Assembly (NCBI GenBank): GCA_027488495.1
Contig: JAIYBO010000207.1
Span: forward strand, 1 to 37,317
From: Bacteroidota bacterium
GTDB taxonomy: Bacteria; Bacteroidota; Bacteroidia; NS11-12g; UBA955
Length of the DNA stretch: 37,317 nt
Direction: 5' to 3'
Shown: positions 27,800-35,247 of the stretch, in pieces
Layout of the letters: each line of letters opens with the position of its first letter
Position numbering within the stretch: the stretch's first letter is position 1
Program-made: the position numbers and the translations under genes
The notes under the pieces: model-generated
The model's input: the letters and a program-made list of their open reading frames with translations, nothing else
Database searches by the model: none
What the model was told of the DNA's origin: nothing

Positions 27800-28819
27800 A
27801 TGACTGAATCAGCAGAAACCATTCACTTTGCAGTTGTGGGCGTTGGCCACATTGGCACCCGCCATGCACACATGATTTCTCTGAATCCCAATGCAAAACT
27901 CGTTGCTGTTGTTGACATCAAATCACCCGAAGAGCTAAACATTCCTCAAAACATCCCCGTTTACCCAAACATAGAGGAAATGCTCATGCACCATGCAAAT
28001 ATTGATGTGGTGTGTATCGCAACACCCAACGGATATCACGCACAACACGCCATCCAAGCACTGTCCATGGGCCGGCACGTTGTAGTAGAAAAACCCATGG
28101 CTCTGTCCACCGAAGATTGTGACGCCATGATACTTGAAGCCCAAAAACGCAACAAGAAAATCTTCTGTGTGATGCAAAATCGATTCTCGCCACCTTCGCA
28201 ATGGATCAAAAACCTCATCGCAGAAAACACCCTCGGTGAAATCTATCAAGCACAAATTATCTGTTATTGGAATAGAGATCACCGATACTATCAAAAAGGA
28301 CATTGGCACGGCACCAATGACCTAGACGGTGGGGTTCTTTTCACACAATTTTCGCATTTTATTGATTTGATGTACTGGCTGCTTGGGCCCATCACCATCA
28401 ACTACGCAAATGCATCAAACTTCAATCACCAACAGTTAACAGAATTTCACGATAGTGGACAGGTGGTTTTTTCATTTGGGCCAAATGGCAAAGGTTCATT
28501 GAGTTATTCAACCAGTTTGAACCAACAGAATTTCGAAAGTTCCATCACCCTGATTGCCGAAAAAGGCACAGTGAAATTGGGCGGTCAATACATGAATACC
28601 GTGGATTATTGCGAAATCGAAAACTATACACTACCAACACTTCCCGATGCGCAACCCGCGAATGATTACGGAAATTACAAAGGCAGTGCCGCCAATCACC
28701 ATTTCGTGATTCAAGATGTGATCAACAACCTCGTACACAATGTCGCACCAATCACAACACCCCAAGAAGGTCGCGCTGTGGTTGAAATTATTGAAAGCAT
28801 CCACCATTTTGGAAAATAA
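27800..28819 (+). CDS. Gfo/Idh/MocA-family NAD(P)-dependent oxidoreductase (sugar or nucleotide-sugar dehydrogenase-like)
   Basis: Rossmann start IHFAVVGVGHIGTRH and EKPMA motif. I place the start at ATG 27800. The 118 upstream codons of track ORF 27446..28819 overlap tdh antisense and are H/P-rich, so I treat them as a non-coding read-through of the frame. Confidence 0.8.
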   Translation: MTESAETIHFAVVGVGHIGTRHAHMISLNPNAKLVAVVDIKSPEELNIPQNIPVYPNIEEMLMHHANIDVVCIATPNGYHAQHAIQALSMGRHVVVEKPMALSTEDCDAMILEAQKRNKKIFCVMQNRFSPPSQWIKNLIAENTLGEIYQAQIICYWNRDHRYYQKGHWHGTNDLDGGVLFTQFSHFIDLMYWLLGPITINYANASNFNHQQLTEFHDSGQVVFSFGPNGKGSLSYSTSLNQQNFESSITLIAEKGTVKLGGQYMNTVDYCEIENYTLPTLPDAQPANDYGNYKGSAANHHFVIQDVINNLVHNVAPITTPQEGRAVVEIIESIHHFGK

Positions 28820-28896
28820 ATCCAAGATTCTTTCCAATAATTCCAAATTAAAACTTTATCAACTCATTTAAAATCAAACACTTACGTGTTATTTTT

Positions 28897-28912
28897 AAAA
28901 AAAAAAAAAAAA
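28897..28912. repeat. A16 homopolymer (preceded by T5) in the intergenic region upstream of the FecR-like locus
   Basis: Counted directly: atttttAAAAAAAAAAAAAAAAttatc. It is the longest mononucleotide run in the window. Confidence 0.95.
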
Positions 28913-28990
28913 TTATCATTTCTTTTGGGGGTATAGCACACTTTCTGTGTTTATAGGCCTGATTACCCCTTTCCGGAAAAAGGCAACGTC

Positions 28991-29167
28991 ATGACAAAAG
29001 AACAATTAGAAAGCAACACCTTCACCAAGTATGCGGCTGGCTTGATGCAAGAGGAAGAATTGAGAAAGCTTGAAGAGTGGTTGAAAAAAAACCCCCAATT
29101 CAAGCCCACTTTAGCCATCATCAAACAACAAGTGTCTGCAATGATGCAGCCACAATTAATCCACTAA
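28991..29167 (+). CDS. 58-codon ORF encoding the N-terminal sigma-binding motif of a FecR-type anti-sigma factor (separate small gene or 5' fragment of a frameshifted gene)
   Basis: Hand translation gives MTKEQLESNTFTKYAAGLMQEEELRKLEEWLKKNPQFKPTLAIIKQQVSAMMQPQLIH. The KY..G....EE......WL...N..F pattern is the typical Bacteroidota FecR N-terminus. The ORF is below the 60-aa cutoff of the supplied track. Confidence 0.45.
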   Translation: MTKEQLESNTFTKYAAGLMQEEELRKLEEWLKKNPQFKPTLAIIKQQVSAMMQPQLIH

Positions 29168-29171
29168 TTCT

Positions 29172-30113
29172 ATGGAATCAAATAACAACAAACCCAATAT
29201 CGACCCACAATTTCATGAAGTCTGGGACGCGGCGGGACAGTATAAATATAGCTTTGAAAACGGCAATGATGATGCTTGGCAGAAATTCTCAGCAGACATG
29301 GCCAACAAAAAGGCGAGCAAAGTAGTTTCAAACTCGCCATTCACCGTTCAAAGAAACTTCAAGCAGATTTTCCGCATCGCAGCAGCAATATCCCTAATAG
29401 CCGTTGGCGCTTGGGCGTTTTGGTTCAATAACCAAAGCACTGCAATCCTGGATCAAGGCAACTACACTTCAAACAGCGGAGAAGTGAAAGAAATCACACT
29501 CAAAGACGGAAGCGTAATCACACTCAACGCCAACTCGAGTGTAGACTACACAATCACCAAAAATGCACGCAAAATCAACCTCAATGGCATGGCGCATTTT
29601 GAAGTGGCGAAAAATCCCAATGCACCGTTTGTTATTCGCAGCGGCAGCAATCAAGTGACCGTTTTAGGTACCGGTTTCGATGTAAGGTCTTACACAAACA
29701 AACCCCTACAGGTAACCGTAAACCATGGAAAAGTTCGCGTAGAAAAATTGGCAAAAAACTCACAAACCACACTTGAATCTGCAATACTTACCAAAGGAAT
29801 GAGAGCCACTGAAAACCCAAATTCAGTGAATAAAAAATCCTCATATTTCCAAATCGACTCAAGTGTAAACCTCACAGCCGTGCAATGGAACCAAAACGGT
29901 TTGAAATTCAACAACGCCAATTTATCTGAGGTGATCAGTGCCGTTGAATCTCAATATGGGGTGCAAATTGAAATCCTTGGAAATGCCCCCAGTGGCTTGA
30001 GAAATAACCCAAACCCCAAACTCACTGCCACTTTTACACCCCAAGACAAAATCGATTTTGTTTGCAAAGTAATTGGCAATGCGCTTGACCTAAATTTGGT
30101 CTACAAAAATTAA
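29172..30113 (+). CDS. FecR-family protein (single TM, periplasmic FecR domain, DUF4974-like C-terminus), lacking the usual N-terminal motif
   Basis: 313-aa ORF with TM IAAAISLIAVGAWAFWF. The FecR domain reads EITLKDGSVITLNANSSVDY...HFEVAKNPNAPFVIRSGSNQVTVLGTGFDVRSY. The C-terminal segment is LKFNNANLSEVISAVESQYGVQIEI. Confidence 0.8.
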   Translation: MESNNNKPNIDPQFHEVWDAAGQYKYSFENGNDDAWQKFSADMANKKASKVVSNSPFTVQRNFKQIFRIAAAISLIAVGAWAFWFNNQSTAILDQGNYTSNSGEVKEITLKDGSVITLNANSSVDYTITKNARKINLNGMAHFEVAKNPNAPFVIRSGSNQVTVLGTGFDVRSYTNKPLQVTVNHGKVRVEKLAKNSQTTLESAILTKGMRATENPNSVNKKSSYFQIDSSVNLTAVQWNQNGLKFNNANLSEVISAVESQYGVQIEILGNAPSGLRNNPNPKLTATFTPQDKIDFVCKVIGNALDLNLVYKN

Positions 30114-30192
30114 TTGATCATTTCTTTCATGAAATGAATCGTAGCTGTCAGGCAACGACAAAAGGTGTTTTGTTTTCAATAACTTTGTTATT

Positions 30193-33100
30193 GTGGTAAA
30201 ATCATTCCTGCGCTGCCAAATTCATTTTTTGTTTGCCCTCTTCAGCATGGCAGCAAATCATGTATTGGCTCAAAACTCGCAGGTATCGGCCGATGTATTA
30301 AACACGGTTTCTACAATAAATAATCCTTTATATTTCACACCCAACTTTTCACAATGGGGCGCAGGCAACACCAGCTTAGCTCAAGCCACAATTCCCGGAG
30401 GAGCCATTTTTATCAATTCCAATGGCATTCGAATTTTAACAGAATCACCCAATAGCATATCACAAAAACACCAAATACATCACCATAGAGGCAAAGACAC
30501 ACAGTTCGTTTTACAACATCACGTAACCGATATAAATTTTGCCAATTGCAATAAACCCAAAGAAGTACTCTTTCAAGAGCCTGCCCCCTGGTACGAAAAC
30601 TTCTATTTGGGAAACGATCCGCAGTATTGGAAATCCCAAATTCAACCCTGTGCGAGAATTGTTCTCAAAGACATTTATCCCAAAATCGATATTCATATCT
30701 ATTTCAGCAACAACTCCTTGGAATTTGATTGGGTATTAAGGCCTGGTGCCAACCCAAACGAAATAGGTCTGCAAATCGATAAAAACTCCACCTTTCATCT
30801 CCAAAAAAATCAAATCGTTGTAAAAACATCTGTCGGTCAATTCCAAATCAATGCCCCCAAAGCCTATCAAAAACAAGCCCGCAGAAACAAATCCATCCCG
30901 TGTAAATACACCACTGATGGCAACACAATTGGCCTAAAAATTGGCCAATACAACACAGAATTACCCCTCACCATAGACCCCATTCTGGTTTTCAGCACCT
31001 ACAGCGGTTCTCAAGGTGATAATTTTGGATTTACAGCCACCTACGATACCAGCGGTTGCTTGTATGCCGGCGGTATTGTAGACGCCAATACGCGCAAATA
31101 CCCTGTAACCACAGGAGCCTTTCAAACCACCTACGGCGGCGGCGGAATGGGTGCACCCCCCGTTCAATTGCCCTGCGATATCTCCATCAGCAAATACTCT
31201 CCAGATGGCAGCAAACTCCTCTTCGCAACCTACATGGGTGGCTTCGACGATGAATACCCGCACTCACTTTGTGTAGATCCATTCAACAATCTCCTTGTAT
31301 TCGGCACTACCCTCTCCCCCGATTTTCCAGTACACCCAGATTCTGCCTATTCCAATACGCACGAAGGAGATTATGACATATTCGTAAATAAACTCAACAA
31401 TTCAGGAACCCAATTGCTCGGCGGAACGTTTATCGGTGGATCCGATGCAGACGGCTTCCAAACAGAAATACCCACTACACTGCTGGTTTACAACTACGCA
31501 GATAACTATCGGGGCGATATCACCACAGACAACGACGGCAATATCTTCGTAGCCACCTGTACCCGATCCAACGATTTCCCCACAACACCAGGCGCACTTC
31601 AAGCCAAACCCAAAGGAGAAACCGATGCCGCCATCATCTGTCTCAACAATTCTTTGTCATCCATCAAATGGGCCACTCTCCTGGGTGGTGATCAAGACGA
31701 TGCCGCATACTCCATCAAAGTAGATGATACTGCCCACCTATTCGTAGGAGGCGGTACAATGATTAGCAACAACTTCCCCATTGCCGGCAACGGTTATAGA
31801 AAATCTGCCATCGGTGACATCGACGGATTTATCACTCGATTCAACAAAAACAACGGATTCTATCAAGTAGGAACTTATTACGGAAGCACCAATTACGATC
31901 AAATTTATTTCATCGACCTCGATATAGACAACAAAGTATATTTCACCGGGCAAACCGAAGGCAACTTAACCAGAACCGCCGGAACCTATGGCAAAACAAA
32001 TACCTCGCAATTCATAGGGCGATTTTCCAACGATTTAAAAAATATAGAATTCATTACAACCTTTGGCAACCGAACCACGGGAGCCCCAGAACTAAGCCCT
32101 TCAGCCTTCATGGTTGATAACTGCTATAACATTTATTTCAGCGGCTGGGGGTCCAATATCGGCGTTGGCAATGCAGGTACTACCGGTGGATTGCCCATCA
32201 CCGCCGATGCCCACCAAAAAACCACAGACAACAACGATTTTTACCTCATCGTATTAGGTAAAGATGCCAAAACACTCAAATATGCTTCCTACTTCGGTGG
32301 CAATCTGTCCGATGATCACGTAGATGGTGGAACCTCTCGATTCGATAACAGAGGCATCATCTATCAAAGTGTTTGCGCAAGCTGCCCCAACAGCCCGCCT
32401 GGCCTAAATGATTTCCCTACCTCCCCTTCCAATGTAGCATTCAAAAACAATGTCAGTATTCGATGTTCCAATGCCAGTTTCAAACTCGACTTTCGATTGG
32501 GTTACTCCGTTGATGCAATCTTTACCGCCAAACCTGAAATCATCTGCCTAGGTCAAACCATCGATTTTCTCCCAGCGAGACGATTCAATGCCACTTACAT
32601 TTGGCAATTTGGCGATGGTGACACTTCCCACCAATTCAACCCCTCCCACAAATACAAAGACACTGGAACTTTTGTCGTAAAACTCACAGTTACAGATTCA
32701 AATTCTTGCAATGCAACAGCAACCTACGAGAAAAAAGTTCGAGTTATCACCTCGCCCCGAGGCGCATTGAATACCCAATTTACTCCCTGTAAACCGGGCG
32801 TTGATTTCATTCTCGACGTATCAAACGTAGACAGCGTGATTTGGGATTTTGGGGATGGTTCAAAAATCGATAGAACCGGACCGCTTGAACTCAAAACATA
32901 CACAATAGCTAACGGTACCATAAAAAGAAATTACCAATACATCGCAGGTCAATATAATGCCGCAATTGTGATAAAAAATACCGCGTCAGGTTGCACCGAT
33001 ACACTGAAAAAACCCATTCAAATGACCAGTGACAGCACCCACGAAGTCAAAATTGCCAACGTATTCACACCCAACAACGATGGTAAAAATGATTGTTTTC

Positions 33101-33330
33101 GGGTCTACGGCATCGCATCAGAATGTGAAGAAGCAGAATTAAGAATTTTCAATCGATACGGTGAACGGATATTTTTCACAGAAAATCTCAATGAATGCTG
33201 GAATGGAAGGGTCAATAACGATGGGCCATTTTTACCCGATGGCACCTATTTTTATCAACTCAACATCATCAAAAGTCCGTTTATCAAGAGTCCACAACTC
33301 ATAAACGGTAGCATCAATCTCATCCGATAG
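30193..33330 (+). CDS. Large secreted SBBP beta-propeller-repeat / PKD-domain protein with T9SS type-B C-terminal sorting domain
   Basis: 1045-aa ORF with a GTG start and signal peptide ...FALFSMAANHVLAQ. SBBP-like repeats include STYSGSQGDNFGFTATYDTSGCLYAGG. A PKD motif reads FGDGDTSHQFNPSHKYKDTGTFVVKLTVTDSNSC. The C-terminus reads NVFTPNNDGKNDCFRVYG...IFNRYGERIFF...WNGR...DGTYFYQL. Confidence 0.8.
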   Translation: MVKSFLRCQIHFLFALFSMAANHVLAQNSQVSADVLNTVSTINNPLYFTPNFSQWGAGNTSLAQATIPGGAIFINSNGIRILTESPNSISQKHQIHHHRGKDTQFVLQHHVTDINFANCNKPKEVLFQEPAPWYENFYLGNDPQYWKSQIQPCARIVLKDIYPKIDIHIYFSNNSLEFDWVLRPGANPNEIGLQIDKNSTFHLQKNQIVVKTSVGQFQINAPKAYQKQARRNKSIPCKYTTDGNTIGLKIGQYNTELPLTIDPILVFSTYSGSQGDNFGFTATYDTSGCLYAGGIVDANTRKYPVTTGAFQTTYGGGGMGAPPVQLPCDISISKYSPDGSKLLFATYMGGFDDEYPHSLCVDPFNNLLVFGTTLSPDFPVHPDSAYSNTHEGDYDIFVNKLNNSGTQLLGGTFIGGSDADGFQTEIPTTLLVYNYADNYRGDITTDNDGNIFVATCTRSNDFPTTPGALQAKPKGETDAAIICLNNSLSSIKWATLLGGDQDDAAYSIKVDDTAHLFVGGGTMISNNFPIAGNGYRKSAIGDIDGFITRFNKNNGFYQVGTYYGSTNYDQIYFIDLDIDNKVYFTGQTEGNLTRTAGTYGKTNTSQFIGRFSNDLKNIEFITTFGNRTTGAPELSPSAFMVDNCYNIYFSGWGSNIGVGNAGTTGGLPITADAHQKTTDNNDFYLIVLGKDAKTLKYASYFGGNLSDDHVDGGTSRFDNRGIIYQSVCASCPNSPPGLNDFPTSPSNVAFKNNVSIRCSNASFKLDFRLGYSVDAIFTAKPEIICLGQTIDFLPARRFNATYIWQFGDGDTSHQFNPSHKYKDTGTFVVKLTVTDSNSCNATATYEKKVRVITSPRGALNTQFTPCKPGVDFILDVSNVDSVIWDFGDGSKIDRTGPLELKTYTIANGTIKRNYQYIAGQYNAAIVIKNTASGCTDTLKKPIQMTSDSTHEVKIANVFTPNNDGKNDCFRVYGIASECEEAELRIFNRYGERIFFTENLNECWNGRVNNDGPFLPDGTYFYQLNIIKSPFIKSPQLINGSINLIR

Positions 33331-33337
33331 CCCGGCA

Positions 33338-34222
33338 TTAAGCCAAACTCTCGGCCTCGGATTCTGGTGAAATCTTCTTAACCAAACCCTGCAAAACCTT
33401 CCCCGGTCCAATCTCGGTAAATTTCGCCGCGCCATCGCCCACCATCGCTTGAACACTTTGTGTCCAACGAACGGGTGCAGTCAATTGAAACACCAAGTTC
33501 TTTTTGATTTCATCCTTATCCATTACCGCACTCGCAGTAACATTCTGATAAATGGCACACATCGGCGTAACAATTTCAGTGGCTTCAATGGCCTTTGCCA
33601 ATTTCTCACGAGCAGGTTCCATCAATGGACTGTGAAATGCACCTCCCACCGGCAATATCAATGCGCGTTTCGCCCCAGCAGCCTTCATGCCCTCACACGC
33701 TTTTTCAACCGCTTCAAATGCACCCGAGATCACCAACTGACCCGGACAATTGTAATTGGCAGGAACCACCACACCCTCTGTCTCAGCACATACGGCTTCA
33801 ACTTTTGCATCATCCAATGCCAAAACCGCCGCCATCGTACCATGAGCCAATTCGCAGGCTTCTTGCATCGCCAATGCACGCTGTTCAACCAATTTCAAAC
33901 CATCTTCAAAACGCATCGCACCCGCAGCTACCAATGCACTGAACTCACCCAAACTGTGTCCAGCAACCATATCCGGCTTAAACTCTGATCCCAATACAAC
34001 CGCGCGAATCACACTGTGTAAAAAAATCGCTGGCTGAGTAACACTGGTTTGCCTCAAATCTTCGTCGGTGCCATGAAACATCAAATCAGTAATCCTAAAT
34101 CCCAATATTTCGTTGGCCTGCTCAAACAGGGCTTTCGCTTGTTCATTGCTGTCATACAGGTCTTTACCCATACCCACAAATTGACTTCCCTGTCCAGGGA
34201 ATACATAGGCGTGCTTGCTCAT
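33338..34222 (-). CDS. fabD: ACP S-malonyltransferase
   Basis: The motifs are YVFPGQGSQFVGMG and the active site GHSLGEFSA. I place the start at ATG 34222 (MSKHAYVFPG). The 23-codon upstream extension in the track would overlap the acyltransferase gene. Confidence 0.9.
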   Translation of the reverse strand: MSKHAYVFPGQGSQFVGMGKDLYDSNEQAKALFEQANEILGFRITDLMFHGTDEDLRQTSVTQPAIFLHSVIRAVVLGSEFKPDMVAGHSLGEFSALVAAGAMRFEDGLKLVEQRALAMQEACELAHGTMAAVLALDDAKVEAVCAETEGVVVPANYNCPGQLVISGAFEAVEKACEGMKAAGAKRALILPVGGAFHSPLMEPAREKLAKAIEATEIVTPMCAIYQNVTASAVMDKDEIKKNLVFQLTAPVRWTQSVQAMVGDGAAKFTEIGPGKVLQGLVKKISPESEAESLA

Positions 34223-34262
34223 AGAGCACAAAAATAAACCTAAAATCCAACAAATGAGAAAA

Positions 34263-35243
34263 TCACCCGCCGCCCAATAACAATTTGGCACCCCGCCAAT
34301 ATTTCCACAAAAGGAAAATCAAAGCCAATAAAATCAATTCCGAAACAAAAACCACCGGATAGAAAACATCCAATTGTCGAGTACCAACAAAATCTTTCAC
34401 CAACAACAAAGGCAGTACATGCCACAAATAAATCCCCATCGATTGCCTACCCATCCATTCAAAAACCTGCGATTTTGGCAATGTATCCGCCGCCATCCAT
34501 CGAAACAAACCCACAATAAAAAACACATTGCCAAAAACCCATATCAAATCAGTCATCGAAGGAGAAACTCCCTCATGGAAATAAAACAAGGCAAAATACA
34601 GCGCAAACAGCCCCAATCCCGATATCGCAAAAATTCCCGTTGGCGTTGGAATGCGTTCATTGCGCGCCCAAACTCCCAACACAAAAAATAAAAAATAGTG
34701 TGGCCGCAAAACATGCAAAACAAATCCGCTCAACTCAACACCCAACCACCCCGTCAACAAATCCATTTGGTTTGCCTTCAAATAAAAAAAGGTCCACGCA
34801 ATCAATAATCCAATGGCAAATACCCATTCACGGCGAATTGAAAAATGAGAAATACACCAAACCATCAAACCCCAAAAAATATAGGCAGGCACAAACCACA
34901 AATGATAATAAGGATTCAACAAATAGGCAATCCAACCCTTCCATTCAGGCCTCGAATGCCCAAAAGCGCCCAAATAAATCGCATAGGCCAACATCGCAAG
35001 GCACCAAGGCAACAAAACCCGACCCCAATATTTGCCCAAAAACTCACCCAAACGCAGTGTTTTACTCTTTTCAAACGAAAACAAAAATCCCGCAACCGCA
35101 ATAAAAATGGGCATGTGGAACCCATAAATCACATATCTTCCAATGTGTTGATCCAACCGTCCCTGCAAAACATGGCCCAAAATCACCATCACAATCAAGA
35201 ACCCCTTGATCCCGTCGATGTTCCTGTTCCGCGTTTCCATCAT
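34263..35243 (-). CDS. Acyltransferase_3-family integral membrane O-acyltransferase
   Basis: 326-aa ORF with about 10 TM segments and N-terminal IDGIKGFLIVMVILGHV containing the conserved His. It starts 4 nt downstream of the ABC-F stop. Confidence 0.7.
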   Translation of the reverse strand: MMETRNRNIDGIKGFLIVMVILGHVLQGRLDQHIGRYVIYGFHMPIFIAVAGFLFSFEKSKTLRLGEFLGKYWGRVLLPWCLAMLAYAIYLGAFGHSRPEWKGWIAYLLNPYYHLWFVPAYIFWGLMVWCISHFSIRREWVFAIGLLIAWTFFYLKANQMDLLTGWLGVELSGFVLHVLRPHYFLFFVLGVWARNERIPTPTGIFAISGLGLFALYFALFYFHEGVSPSMTDLIWVFGNVFFIVGLFRWMAADTLPKSQVFEWMGRQSMGIYLWHVLPLLLVKDFVGTRQLDVFYPVVFVSELILLALIFLLWKYWRGAKLLLGGG

Positions 35244-35247
35244 TGCA

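Noticed and set aside
30134-30199. A 21-codon upstream ORF (MNRSCQATTKGVLFSITLLLW) overlapping the GTG start of the T9SS cargo gene in another frame, possibly a frameshifted signal peptide.
   Set aside because: The main ORF already has a plausible signal peptide from GTG 30193 (...FALFSMAANHVLAQ). The small ORF is short enough to be chance, and I have no comparative evidence.
34223-34291. A 23-codon extension of fabD (MPNCYWAAGDFLICW...) overlapping the acyltransferase 3' end.
   Set aside because: FabD proteins start a few residues before the FPGQGSQ motif. ATG 34222 gives exactly that and removes the overlap.
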